Of a stretch of DNA of 64,000 nt, positions 24,401-39,400 are shown piece after piece. Where the stretch lies: the NCBI GenBank assembly GCA_040954595.2, contig CM082592.2, positions 11,292,017 through 11,356,016 of the forward strand, given 5' to 3'. Source of the DNA: Balanoglossus misakiensis. Taxonomy: Eukaryota > Animalia > Hemichordata. Numbering within the stretch: the first letter of the stretch is position 1; each line of letters begins with the position of its first letter. A program made the translations under genes and the position numbers. Below the pieces are notes generated by a model. It was not told the DNA's origin, searched no databases, and worked only from the letters and a program-made list of their open reading frames with translations.

Positions 24401-27400
24401 GATCATCATCTTATTATTTGAATATTTTCTTCTTTTTTTTTGTTTAATCATAGAGTAGTGTTGGGATGTTGATGATATACATTCAATGTTTCAAAGTACA
24501 AGCAAATGTGGCTTCTTATGCAATGTTATAGACATATAAATTTAAGCAACATATTGTTCAACTAAGAGTGTTATTCCTTGGCAATTCCTTGAAATTGTCC
24601 ACTGATATTTGTAGGAATCGACAGAAGAAGCATCGATTGGTCTACCGTTTCTAGCAGACCTAGCACTGGGACTCTCTGTACTAGGCTGTACCATGTTACA
24701 GTTACTCTACCAAGGACCTGAACAGACATCTGATGAAGAAGCTTGCCAACATTTACTCAAATCTAAACTCTTACAAAGGTCAGTGCAAATGACTGAATTA
24801 TTTTCTGTGGTGCTGTTTGTCGACGGTTTCACAGAAGAAACAACGAGGTTTCTTCTGAAAACCACAACAATATTTTGTCGTCTTTCTTATACTTCAAGGT
24901 GCATCTGGCAAGAATCAGGCAAAATTCCAACAGAACCTGTCAGTGGTACCATCAGAGAAAATCAAGAAGTTGTCGGAGTTGCCGGGACTGTCTTGCCACG
25001 CATCAAACTTACCAGTGACATCATTGGCAGACTGAGGGAATTATCAGGGAGAGTTGCCCCTCATTTCAGACCCAGTATCAGGTGAGACAGACCTCCTTTG
25101 TCTTCTCAAGACAATATCCATTCCATCAAAAGTGGATAAAATGTAAATGTGTTTTCAAAATTGATGTTGGTGCAGTTTTACAAGATGATTTCTTCTCAAA
25201 CAGGGAGGTGCTACAACCAGATGTCATTGAGGAGTCCATCATATCAGCTGTCATCAAACATCTTGGTCTTCAAGACTGTCTACAGTATCTTGGAAGTGAA
25301 GAAGTTCCCAAGGAACAGAGTGAGAACTACAAGCTGTTGTGTAATGTCATCTCAGAGGTCTACAGAAGATTTGATGCGGTCATGAGACAGTTACAGGTGA
25401 GACTTGGGGAATGATACTTTGTTGCAAGCTGGCATCAGTCTGATAAATATGCATGAGCATTTTGTTGCATTGTTGCAAACAGACATGATGGCTGATTGTT
25501 TCATGATTTGATTTCAGGCTCTGGCTGAATTGGAACAGAAATGGCACAATGAAGTGGATGATCTGAGAAAGGGAAGCCTTCCTCTTGGAATTACATTCTT
25601 TGCTGATTATCATTTACAAGAGGTGAGTAAGACGTCGTACTTGAGAAATTTTATTTTTAGCAGACCATATTCAGCTCTTGGGCCTTCATGATAAGCTGTT
25701 GGGTCAGTGTTCATCTGACATAGTTGTTAATATTGTGCTATACTTATGATGCTTATTTTACAGACAAAAGGAAGAGAGCTTGCATTCCTGTGTTATCTGA
25801 AGGATGTGACATTAGATCCTTCAAATCTTGAAGAAGCTGTCAACACCCTGAGGTAAACTTGATTTTGTCATCTCTTTTTTAGTCCCTTCTCATTCAGAAT
25901 GATCCAAGTTTATTAAAACATTCAAACTTCTTTTATTCTTTACTGTTAGGGAGAAACTGGAAGCTGAAGCAAGCAGAAAAGAAGACGAAACCCAAACGCA
26001 GACGCTTTCTAAAACCAAGTCACTGATGTCTGGGATTTCAGAGAGAGCTGAACTATTGCTACATGTCACCATCAGCAATGAAAGCACAGCTATTGGTCTG
26101 CTGGCTAGGAGTGTCTCACAGTATCCTGATGGCCAAATAGCAGGTATGAAGGACCACTACTGGTCATAAAAATCGCACTATAGTTCACTAAGAATAATCT
26201 GTACAGTATTTCAATTACTGCTATAACTCAGAGCACGTGGCTTTGCTCCAAAGTGAACCTTGGGTGATGATGTTTTTCTTTTGTTTCCAGCTGTTTCTTC
26301 AGATACCTCAGTTCCAGCATATGGAGGCCCAGTAACCCTGGCAAGAAGCCAGTCGGCCCCGTCTGAACTGGAAGTCAACACTGATGTTTGGGAGGGCGGA
26401 CACGATATCAGAAGACCTCACAGGTACATATATGCTGGTTTCTTATAACCCCCAATTCCTTGATTCTTTTCAGTGGTCCTGACCCTCCCAGTGGAAGTAA
26501 AGTGACTCACCATGTTAGGCTTGCATGGTTGTCTATTGGTCAAGACATCTGACTGCAGCCATTGTTTACATTAGATGTGAAGGCTTATATACTGTACATG
26601 TACAAATTTCTGACATTCTTTTCCAGATGGAGAGGAGCACGCAAAGGTCCAGTGGTTCTTCTTCAAGAACTGATTTCAGAAGAGAGTCTTGGTGACAAGG
26701 ACAAACCTCTACATTCACAAGTTTTGGATCAACTGTTCGCATTTGTTGGAAGTAATCTGGAGAAAACTGTAAGTGTGATTTCACAAATTTAATTCTTATG
26801 GTCTTAATTGGACCTTTGCAGCATCTACAGTTTATGTTAAGAAAATGTAGATTCACTGATTTGCAATGTAACAATGGAATGTTAGCTTTTGCATGTTTCC
26901 AGTAAATCTACATAATTATGAATTTTCTTTTTTGCTAGGTGTCTTGCAAGAGTTTTCTCTCAGCTGCACATGTGAGATCGCACCGAGGCAACACCAGAAA
27001 ACAGGCACTGATCCACATGAAGGAATTATTGACAGCAGCGTCTAGGGTCGGCGGGGGAACCCATCTTGTGGCTGCAGTCACATCGGTGTTACAGAGTGGA
27101 CCAAGGTCAGAGTTCATGGATTTTGCTGTCATTTGTGATAATGATGTGTTGCCAATATGTGCACATAATTCTTTGCTATTGCACCAGTACAAAATGATAG
27201 ATACATGATTTCTTGTGGTATTATTTCTAAACCCAGAATTGAAGAATTGACATGTGGAGGGATGGTAGATCATGTGAGAGAAGCCTTTGCTGAGACAATG
27301 ACCACAGTTGTACAACTGGCAGCCAGATATCCCATCGCTTGTTGCAACAGCATTGGTCTCTTGTGTATCATACCATACACAAGGTAAGTGATCTTAACTT

Positions 27401-30400
27401 AAGTTGTTGGCTGTGATTTAACATTCCTGAATCATTTATGAATTTGTCCTGAACATTTTTCCTGTCTTGTATATTACAGGAGTGAAGAACCATGCCTCGT
27501 TAGGAGTGGATTGGTGCAACTGTTAGATAAACTCTGCAGTCTGGGAAGTGATAGAGGAGATGGCAATGCAGAGACTCAAAGCATCAGACAAAGAGTATCG
27601 GCTCTGGCATGGGCAGGCTTTCAGGTCAGTGGGTTTTGTCTTGGAAAAAGTTGCAGATTTAAATTGATGACCAGAGAGTCAGTAATCAACCCTCTTGAAA
27701 GTGTATACCAACCATCCTATGTAACTATACCAACCATCCTGATTGACAGGTTCTTGCCAACCGCTGTGTTTCCTGGGAGGCAGAGGAAGGAGGGCAGGAT
27801 ATACTAGAGCATGCTGGTCTAGCCAGACAGGTGTCAGCGCTGTTGACCAATCATCTTGCAAGAGCCACTGAGTGCAATGGAAATGAAGCAGCAGGCAGTG
27901 AAGCCTTGCAAGAAGTACTGAGTCTTCTTAATAATCTGTCAAGGTCAGTACAAGGTCACCTCAGAGCATTTGTAACATTGGAACTCATGTCAGTCATTCA
28001 TACAAGTGTATCACTGGTAGTTTATTGTTCTACTGCCAAAAGTATGGTATTGTAAACCACTGTATACTTTGCATTTCTTTCTAATAGAAGTCGCATGGGG
28101 AAAGCCATTCTGAGCCAGCCAGCCTGTGTCTCCAAGTTACTGTCTTTACTGCTGGATCAGAGACCTTCTCCAAAACTGGTGCTAATCATTCTACAACTGT
28201 GTCATGTTGCTCTGCCGTTGATGAGTGCTGAAGATTGTGAGAATGTCAAACTGCCCTCGTGGGGTCAAGAAGTGTCTATGTTGGCAGGTGAAGATGCCAA
28301 TCTTTCTGATCCACCAGCCAAGATCTGTAGTCTCCTTCTGGCCAAGTTGGGAGACTATGTTGTACCAGGTGGTCAGACAACAGCCACTCCCACCACTGAA
28401 TTCCCAGAGCAGACATTGCTACAGAATCAAACAGCACCCTCTGCAGTTGAAAGAGATAGAGGTGATGAGTCTGAGGCCCAGGATGGAAGGATGTCTGTGT
28501 TTATACACAAGAGAGAGGATCAGTCTTCGCATGAGGTCATCCAGCCTTTGCTAAGGTAATTTTCCTTTCAAAAATTCATTTCAAAGTCCATGAAAAGCGC
28601 TACAGTTTTTTAAAACAGAAGTTGTTTAGCAGATGCTCAGTATATCTAATGGCAAGTGCAACTTTTTTCTCTGATTGACAGCTCTGATGGGAGGCCATTC
28701 AGACTTGGAAGTGGTGCTAATATGGAGAAAGTTGTGAGAATGGACAGAGAGATGACAAAGGTATGTGTTTTGTATGTGTGCGTCATGGATGCAGGAATGT
28801 ATGGTGTATGTTCTGCATAGTGCTCAGTGGGTACGAGAAATGATAACTGTAACTGAGATCTCTCACACTTGAAGTGGATAGTACTGGTAATCGTAGTCTT
28901 TCTCCACAGCACAACAAAGCTGAAGTGATTATGGACGATGCGGTGACAGCTCTTCGGAGGGCAGCCAAGTGGGCGCAGAGTGGTCTGGTGGTCAGTACTG
29001 GACCACCAGCAGAGAGTAGTACACAGGACAATGGTAGTCGGGATAAGAAGAAAATCACCAGTGAAGCTGTGTGCAGAGAGAAAAACGCTGACTTGGCAAG
29101 GTCAGTGAAATAAGCTGTTCATCAAAGATCTCAAGTAGAATGTGAAAATGTACAGAATGATGGCTGGTCAAGGTTTGTGTAAAACCTCTCTTGTTCACCT
29201 TCTTTGTGATTGCTTTGTTTTGTAGGACTGACCCAGTGCGGCCGTTCATCAGTGGTCATGTGGCCAACAGCATGGCATCAGAAGTGATTGGATTGTTACA
29301 TGGATTGTTGATGGCACCAGAGACAACCACAGCACAGATATGGGCTTCTGCTGTAGAGAGGGTTCTAACACATGCTCTGACTTGTGTGTCTCAACTCACC
29401 AATACTCTACTACACCATGCTGATCTACTGTCTTCCTGCCCCAATGGTGAGGTCATCGATGGGTTGACATCAGTTTGCAGACAAGCCGTGGCTGTGCTGT
29501 GTGCTCTGGGAGGTTTCCGGGAAAGCATAAAAGTAGGATCCACTGTTGAGGTATGTGGGTGTGTCTGTCTGTCTGTCTGTATATCTCTGTGTGTCTGTCT
29601 GTGTTTCTGCCTGTATGTGAGGCGCTTTGCATTCCTAGTGGTGTTCTTCAAGTCATAGCATACATTTAATATTCACATTCCCAGATTATTGGAGAAGGAA
29701 TGTTGCCAACAAGTGGCCAGGTAATCAGTATATCAGAGCAACAGGGTCTGGCTGCAGTCAAACTGGACATCTCCCCAGAGGATACAACACCAAGAGCCAG
29801 CGATACAATGGAAGTCCCCATACAAAGGCTAAGACCACCTAAGAGTGAGGTAAGTAATAAGTCAAAGTTCCTAAGAGTGAGGTCAATACCAATACTGAGA
29901 TACCGAGACTCAAACTCTAACATTCAGATAAGTAACAATAGCAAGAATCACGTTAGATGATGTGTATTGATAGACTGAATATGACTCTGTTTCATTTCAC
30001 ACACAGCCACTGTCATTGGAGCAGCTGTCTATGACAGAGAAGGTTGTCATGGCACTACACTCATTGCTACTCCCTGTTGATGAGAGTGGGTTATCCCCTC
30101 TACAGACGCCATTACCAGCTACGGGAGATGGGTCCTCTGTTGCCATGGCAACGTGCAGGATATTGGCTGAAATCCGAACAAGGTGAGGGCAATAGTATTA
30201 ACAGCGATGTCTGAAGCAAACGTTCTCTCTCAAAAAGGAAAAAACCCTTGTGCACATACACGAAACTTATAAACTCTTCTCTCCCCTCACAGGGCATGCA
30301 TGGTACTCTCAGCTCACATGAAGGAATGTACATTTGCAGCGGAGTTTGTTAGACTCAGCACCAAGCCAATGGAAGTCTTGAAATCATTAGCTCAGCAGTC

Positions 30401-33400
30401 CAACTCAGGTAAATAGCCTATCATGGGTGCTTAGAAAACAAGTGTGGGACTTTTCCCATTGTGTTGTAATTTTCATACAGCAACCTCAATATAATATTAT
30501 ATGTATTGGTATCTTTTGTAGGTGAGAGATTGCCTGTCATTGAAGCACAGTGTGAAAGACTACGCATGCTGTATAGAGACTGTGCCAGACCACCGCCACC
30601 ACCAAGTAAAACTGCTGGCAGAAATGTGAGTCAAGTACTACCTAAAATACCCTCTTGTAGCTTCTCTAAAATGTATACAGGAAGTTCATGCAAGAATTAT
30701 TTTGTACAGGAATTATGCCACTTTGTGGTAATATAGTCATGTTCGATTCCACATGATGTAATGCATTTTGTCACACTTGGTCTTCACTTCCAGCTTATAA
30801 TAAACCTTGTATCATTTCAGAGCAAAGAAATCACCTGGGACCCATCACGTACATTTCCTCCTGTCCGAGCTTGTCTCTTTTCCTACGGATTGACCGGAGT
30901 GACATTCCTGGGTGATCCCAGTGCCAGTAGTGGACTTCCCAGAGGAACGCTCTGCTATGCCACTCAGGCTATTCCATCACAGGTAATGGGGTGCTTCATA
31001 GAAGGCAGTTATGGCTTCATGTTCAGGTTTTCTGGCTATAGTTGTCTATGAATTAACTTACAGGCCAAGTTTACCACTTAACCAAAGTTGTTGATACCAC
31101 TACTAGTACATAACAAATCCCTGCTTTCTTCCAACCAGGCTCCATCGTTTTACTGGGAAGTAGAGATCTGTTCCTATGGAGAATCCGGTGATGAGTCTGG
31201 CCCCATCATGTCCTTTGGATTTGCTCCGGCAGCTGAGAGGAAAGATGGTGCCTGGACAAACCCTGTGGGAACTGTTCTCTTTCACAAGTAAGTTGGGAAA
31301 AGTTGAGGGGGTAACTCTCCTAGATCCATTGCAGTACCATACCTTCTACATGAAAGCAGTGTTTTATCTCTTCTGAATTCTACATCTGAGTGGAACCTTC
31401 TATGCATCCCACATAGCCCATCCTTGCAGATATATTGAGCTTTATTTTCATGCAATTTCATTTCTCTAACTAGTAATGGTCGTGCAGTGCATTATAACGG
31501 ATCTAGTCTACTGCAGTGGAAGAGTGTACGGCTAGACATCGCACTCAACGCTGGTGACATTGCCGGTTGTGGATGGGAGAGGGATGGAGACACTCCACCG
31601 TTGCCTGGACAACAGGTCAAAGGTCATGTCTATTTTACTTACAATGGGAAGAGATTGACCCACACATTGGATGATGTGTCAGGAGGGTTGTGGCCAGTGG
31701 TGCATATCCAGAAAAAGGTAATTTGATTCTTACCATTGGCATCAGCATTTTGGTTGCATAGCCACATGTTATGGTATTTGCAGATGTGAATTTTCTTCAG
31801 CACCACTGAAATCATAAGCTAAATGTATGATATTTCAATAAAGTTGTGTCTTCTTCTTCACTTTCAGAACACTCGAATTCGTGCCAATTTCGGCTCTCGC
31901 TCATTTGCATATGCCGAGGGACGCCAGCACCGCAATGCAGCTGATGAATGCTCAGACCTGACCGAGGAAATCAGTGCAAACTTTGGGCATCTACCATTTC
32001 ATCTTGGGGAGGACAGCGATAACGAAGGGGCAGGAAATGATGTGGTATCAGAAGTCTCTGCTACAGAAGACAATACTCCACCCGGACCTCCCTGCAGGAT
32101 AGCAGAATCTTCCAAAGAATTGAAGGGTGATTATTGTTTTGTTTCTTATTTGATCTGGTGGCCTCTATAGACAGGCTAATTAATGCAAATGAAAATTGTG
32201 CAGGGACTATAACAAATTTTTACTATATTGAGGTGGTTACTAACACAGGTTTGACTGTTTACCATCAGAATACAACACAGACAGCTCTGTTCAATACAAG
32301 CTCCGTCACAGCTATGACAACTTCACCACCACCGGGCCTGACATCCGCACCATGGCAACCACCTCCACCCCAGTTCAAGATGAAGACAGCGACGACGGCG
32401 ATGCAGAGGATGAGCCCCAGGAAGACCACCACGCGCTCCTTGTCAAGGCCTGGGAGTGTAAAGTGTTTCCGGTCATCCGGAGAAGGTTCCGGAATGAGGC
32501 GGAGAGGAGATCCGGACTGGAACAAATCAAGGGAGCCCTGCAGCTCGGTAAGGATTTGTTTGATAACTGTGTTTGAATGAGAACTCAGGATCTGGAACTT
32601 GATCATTATGTTGAATATGAAGATTACAGTAGTGAGCTCCCTGACATATCTCGTCTCATGAATATTTTCCCTCAACAGGTATGACAGACATAGCAAGGCA
32701 GACTGTGGAATTTCTGTACGAAGAGAATGGTGGCATGCCTCGTGATCTCCATCTTCCGACCATTGAAGACATCAAAGCAGAGGCTGCCAAGTTCACCATT
32801 GAGAGAGTGCGGAAAGGGACGTCTGTTGTCATCCGGCAGTACAGCAGTGAGACTGCTTCAGGGGGAACTGTTGTACCCAAGTTTGCTGTCAGGGGAATGT
32901 TGAAGACGTTTGGTTTGACTGGAGTTGTCTTGGATGTTGATAGTGTGAGTAGAAAATGGTAGATTCATTCTGTCAATCTTGAAAGAGGTGTAGTCAACAA
33001 TGAAGTGAGCTTTCATGTTGTGTTTGGTTAGTTTCATGGCTTTCAACAGACATGCCTGTGTTCATAGTTTGCAAGTGTATGTTCACAATGTAGACTGAGA
33101 AACCCAATTCATATATTGCATCTTTTATTACAGTGTGTATTGCTCCCCCTACAGCACAATGAACTGGTCCAAGTGGAGACCTATCTACGCAGTGAAGGTG
33201 TTCTGGTTAGGTATTGGTATCCCATAGATATGTTGGAAAGACCACCGCCAGGATATCGGAAGAACTCTACTACTGGTCTCTCAAATATTGATACATCTAC
33301 GCTGTATATACACAGGTAAGCTTACATGCCATGTGTTGCAACATGGATATTTAGGAACAACATTGTCACTGTTTATATTGTCTTCCATGTACATACTGCG

Positions 33401-36400
33401 CTGGTCCAATTTGACCATTAAAATCAATGAGAATGGACCGAACCATGGTTGTGAAAGGGTGAATCTGCTACCAGATACAGTCTGCCTGGTAAACCTATGT
33501 CGAGTCTATTTACTTAAAGTCCTTTGCTCAGAAACTCACAAAATATCTTATTTTTATCAGGGAATTACTTCGCTATGAAGCTGCAGTTGCAAGGATGCAT
33601 TGCAGAGGCGCTCTACTTGAGTTGATCAACCAGTGTCGCAGCCCTGTGAGACAACCATCATCTCTGGAGAACATCGAACCAGCGCTGATCGCTGCAGCTG
33701 CTACAGCCGTCCCTGAACTTGACCTGACCCATCTCCAGTTGCTCTCCAATGACCTTCTGGCCTCGCCGCAAACCGATGGAGGAATCACGGCCTCCTCACT
33801 AACGTCCACTCCATCGCCATGGCAATGTCTCGCCTCCAACACAGGCTCCATTATCGACGTCTTCTACCACGACACCTACAAGCTGAGGGAGGAGCTCTCC
33901 ATTGCCATAGCAACTGCTGCTAGGCATGGAGAAGATCAGCTGATGGAGCTGACCAATCAGCTTTGCACATGTCTACAGAATGCTCCCAGTAATTTCCTCT
34001 GTGAAGTGCTCCCAGTGACAGACAGCAAAATCAACACAGATATACACTTCCCTGGTGCCTCCTTGATTGTGGTCAGCTGTAAAGCTGATCCCAAGTCAGC
34101 CAAGAAAGAGTAAGTAACAGATTTTGATAATTCCATGTTTGAGGGACAAGGGATGGTTTTGGTTGATATCAAGTTAAACTCAAATTCATGAAAATAGGAC
34201 ATCTACATGGGTTCATAAAATAAAATATTTCTTTCCTCTCTTCAAACAGTTCATCCCTTTACAAATCACCATGGGCAAGACTTTATTGTTACGGCATTGG
34301 TCATCACATGAAGAAAAGTGGCCAATCATCACGACAGGAAGTCATCAGTTACCCAGTAGAGGCGTCTCTCAGCAGTACAGGTGGACTGACAGCGCCCCCA
34401 AGCAGTCAGATCGACCAATATCCGACAATTCTTCTGCCATGTGACAGGATACAGGTACACATGGGAGTCTCTCCTCCGCCAGGAGTAACCATCGGCTTGC
34501 ACGGATTGCCACCGGAATTTCCTCTGGCTATGGCTTATGTGGAAACTTTGGCCAGCGGAAAGACTTTCAAGGAAAGGGCGTCGTTCGACGACAAGGATAA
34601 CCAGCCTGTAGCGATCACGGCAAGTGTATTGTTACATGCCACGGAGTTGCTGACATACTACCTTTGGCACACGGATGTTCCGGCATTGATCAAGGAATAC
34701 GTTTTCCTGCTGTTAGCCCAGCTGCTACGCAGACTGCACAAGACGCAGCAAATGGAGTCAGCCCTTCCACATCCAAGTCCGTCACTGTCCTTGCTGATGC
34801 AGTTGCAGCAGCTTCAGACCGAGCTACGCAAGTTATACGACAGCGAGACGCAATCCAGTGGATCAGGCTCATCTGGTCCAGTCAGACACACTACATATTT
34901 CCACGCCCTGATGGAGGTGTGCTTAGCTTTATCTGAAATCAGCATGCCAATGAGTTCCACATCATCGCTGACTGTCACATCAACCACAGGAGCAGCCAGT
35001 GGCATCTCTTCCAGTGTTCCTCCACTACCGGTCACTCCCACCAGTCCGGTCACAGCCGCCAAACGCAAGAAGATTAAAACCAAACGGCTGAGCAGCGCAA
35101 AGCGAAGTCTCAAACCCAGCGACGGCGACAGCAGCAGTGGGGATGTGGGCCTCAGCGGTTCCAAACCCGAAGACATGTTGTGGTTTCACAGAGCGCTGAC
35201 GATGTCTTTGATTTTGAGACATCTGGCGTATCGTGAATCTCAAGGACACGGTGTAACCAAGGATGCCATCAGCGATGCCTGTCAGTCTTTGACGGTGCCA
35301 ACTGCTCATTCTAGATTACTCATCATCTCAGGCATTCCCACGCATCTGGAGGAAGAAGTGGTCAGAAAGGCCATCATGAAGGCTTCTAATGGACAAGGGG
35401 GTTTATACAAGGAAGAAATTTACATACCGACCCAGGAAATTGAAATGGACGCCGGGGGAGGGGAAGTGAAGGAACAGGCTGCCCAGGGAAGTGAAGGCGA
35501 GGTCTTTGAGGACGCAGTGGAGAAGCCAGTGAAAGTACCGACTGCAGTTGCAGAGGAGGTCTCACTTCCAGAGGCCGAGGGTGCAGCTGAAGGGGAACAA
35601 CCAGCGACAGTCGACGAACCTGCAGAGATACGTGTAGAAGATATCGAAATTATGGACATCACTGACGACATCACCGAAGGAGAAGCCAATGTTGATGTAG
35701 AAACACCAGCCGCACCACCACCACCACCACCACCTGCGGAACCAACACCGCCGCCAGAAGATGGAGGGTCACAGGTACCAGAGGGAGAAGCAAAGCCGGA
35801 CAGTTGGACAAAGAAAGAAGATCTGAAAACAATCCATTGTGTTCGAGGAGTGGCGGTTATTGAAGTCAGGTCAAGAGCCAAAGTTGATGACCTCAGATCA
35901 GCACTGCTGAAGAGCAAGCCACTGATGGGACTGCCACTTGCGTACGAGGATGATGAACACGTGAACGTCACCTCAGATGCAATCCTCTCTGTCTCTCCAG
36001 TCAACCAAAGCCTCTTGGCAGAGTCAGATTCCAGCGATACCCTGGACAGATACTTTGAACACAAACTCATCACAAAGAAACTCAGTGCAGGGTTGAACAC
36101 AAAAGCCACGGAGTCACTCACTGAAGTCTACACAAGCTGCGCTCTGGCCGAGCAGAAACTGAGGTTGGACACGGCCACCAAAGAGATCGTATCGAGCGAG
36201 TTGTTCTTGAATAAGGACCAGATGTTATCACAGACGCCAGGAAACTTGCTGTATCAGTTCTTCTCCAATGTAAGACCTCCAAAGAAATCGATACCAGAGC
36301 ATGTCAATCATGTGTTGAGACAGTACGGTGTGGGTAAACCAAGCAAAGTGAAAGCACAAGGTGAGAAAATAAGCATTCTTTAGATTATCTGTAATATTAG

Positions 36401-39400
36401 GAAGATGTCAGGAAATTTATACTGATCCAGAAAATACTGCTTCTTAAGAATTCATGAGTGTATCTTTTCAACAGGAAAGAATGGCAAGGATAGTGAGAAA
36501 GGTGCCAAACCAGTCAAGAAAAACAGCAGAGGCAGCAAAGAGAGACTGGCACTGGGAGAAGTCACTGTCAAAGTCAAGTAAGTTTCCCCAAAAGATGATT
36601 TATATCTCTCCATTTGTGTGTGTTGATAGCAAGTCACTTTTTACACAAGTTTACTCTCCAGCACAACCTAAACATGTTAACAATCTTTAATATTCCTACA
36701 ACAAACAGAACAAGCAGTACTGAGAAAAAGGTGAGAAGACAAGAGAAGTCAGTGAAGGAAACCAGCGAGAAACCAAAGACAGAAGATGTCAAAGTGAAGG
36801 ACTCCAGTGAAGACAAAGTGCTGACACTAGAGGGCTTTCTTCAATATGTGGCTGATAAAGCAAAAATTGATGTGAGAGCGGTATGGAGAGCTATCATGGC
36901 TTGTGGTTACGATTTACACTTTGACAGGTATGTTGCTCTGGATTTCTTCAAACAATAACTCTGTGCGTTTGATATGAGAAATTCTGAAACACACTGAAGC
37001 ATGATTGATTTTCAAATACTTCCTCTAGTCAGTGATATAAGATGAAAATACATATCTAAGCAATTTTTCTTTCTCTCAAAACTGACTAGATGTGCATGTT
37101 CTGAAGTGAGTGAAGCATTACAACTCAGCAAGAAGTGGACACTGGAAATGGACTGTGCTCTGGTGTCCTTCATCAATTCATTATGCAGGAGACTGGCTGT
37201 CACACCAGCTAGACTTCACCCCCATGAAATTTACCTCACAGAAGCCCAGTGTGCTAACCCTGAGTATCACTGTTTACAAGGTGGGTGATCGTTGTGCAGA
37301 ATGGCTAGAATGAGCGAGTGATTCATGAAATCTGAGTCGCATTGGCAACTGTGAAGATCAAAAACAATAATAAAATGTATATCCCAAAAGAATCAGTCTT
37401 CTCTAGACTTAGTATTTACAATAACTGTTCATCCATTGTTTATTCCCCACAGATGTGCCACCAGAGAGTATACGACTGCGTTTTGCCTTACTGCAGTCTT
37501 TGAACACAACACTACAGAGTTTCTTCCTGCCCATGGTTGACCTTCGACCTTACAGAATGTTTAGCGAGAGTACTGCAGCCCTACTTGCCAATGCCAGGGG
37601 TCTTACGTTTTACGACACCAAGACTGCACTATTGAACCAAATCCTGAACATCACGGCACAGAGAAATCTGGACCAAGCCGCCCCAGAGATTAATTTGGAT
37701 CCACTTGAAATAGTTGGAGGTAGGTGTTAAATCAGTGACACATTGCAAGTACATATATCCAAATTATATGTCAATATATGTAAATGCTATAATATTCTTC
37801 CTTTGATCCGTTTCAGGTGAACCCAAGGATGTGATGTCCACGCAGTTTTGTCAGTCATTCCGACAGCTAAGCAGTATACCCTCAGCTCAGTTGTGTGTGC
37901 GTATAGCAAGTGGTGGTGATCCTACATATTCATTCAATGTCAGGCTTGCAGGTGAAGAGGTCCATGGTACAAGTAAGTCTATATGAAAGATTCTTCTGTC
38001 AATTGAGTGTGACATCTATTCACAAGGTTATGTTGCTCATTGCAAAACCACAGCTGGCAGACAAATTGTACCTTTCAACGTTCTGGGAAACATCAGAAAT
38101 CATAGAAGCATTTTTTTCAACTCTCTTTTTTCAGGTGGTTCGTTCAGGCATTTTCTTTGGCAAGTGACCCATGAACTTCAGAGCCCCATCCTCAAACTGT
38201 TGATTCCATGTCCAAGTTCATCAGCTGGCAGACATAAAGGCAAATACATCCTCAGACCTGGTTCTATGACGTACGCTGAGGAGAAATTGCTACAGTTCTT
38301 TGGACAGGTGAGTGTTGCAGTGTTTAGAGTTGCCATAGATCATCAATAATTACAATGTAGCAATACTCAGTGTACTGGTACTGATCAATTAGTTACCATC
38401 AATTTCATGGTTATTTGTTGCAGTTACTTGGAGTGTCAATCAGAGCTGATATTCCCATCGCCATGGATCTTCTCTCCACGTTCTGGAAATGCCTGGTTGA
38501 TGTGCCACTCAGTGTGGACGATGATCTCAAGGAAGCCGACATCTTGACGTACAAATTCATCAAGAAATTAGAACATGTGAGTGAATAAATCATGTCTTTC
38601 TGGAAACTTGGGGGAGGGGAGATGTGTATCATTCAGCTGGTTTATATGTCACAAAAACCTGTTGAAACGACAGTAGGTAATGTGTTACAATTGGACATTA
38701 CATGTATGTCAAGATATGTTCTCACTACATGGTGTATGTCTTTGCTTTCTTCTATTCCTACAGCTTGAAGATGAGAGTGAATTTAATGCAGCCTACTCTG
38801 AGGGTTGTACATATAGATTTACATATACCTCAATGACTGGTCATGAAGTGGAATTGAAACCTGGTGGTAGAAATGTCTATTTGTGGTAAGTGGTCACGAA
38901 AACTGCTTCTGTGTTAGCCATTGTTTACTTCGGCACTTTCTGTAGCCAAGCCATGAGTTGTACAAGCCTTGCGTAAGGTGACGTCATTCCAGAATTTGAT
39001 AACTGTGTGATTATTAGACAATTGTGGCTATTGGGTGATCTTTTACTTGAAGCAGAGCATATTCCAGGCACTCACAACTCTCCATGTTTCCTTTTCCTCC
39101 CAGCTGGGAGAACAGACTTGAATACTTGGATTGCATCCGCAGACTCCGTCTACAAGAACTGCTATGTGATGTCCGAATGATGGCCGTAAAGTGTGGTCTG
39201 GCGTCGGTCATTCCAATACAGCTTCTGCCACTCATGACACCGTACGACATGGAGCTGAGAACCTGTGGGCTTCCCACTGTAGATTTAGATTTTCTCAAGG
39301 TTTGTAACCACTGTCTTTGGTACACAGTGGGTCTTCCTTGTACAGTCACTGTGGTGTGTGTAATTCTTGAATGTTGAGAAATCTACCAGAAATGCAAAGA

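Noticed and set aside
35420-36121. 233-aa minus-strand ORF
   Set aside because: Antisense shadow of the GC-richer giant HECTD4 exon, with no recognisable motifs.
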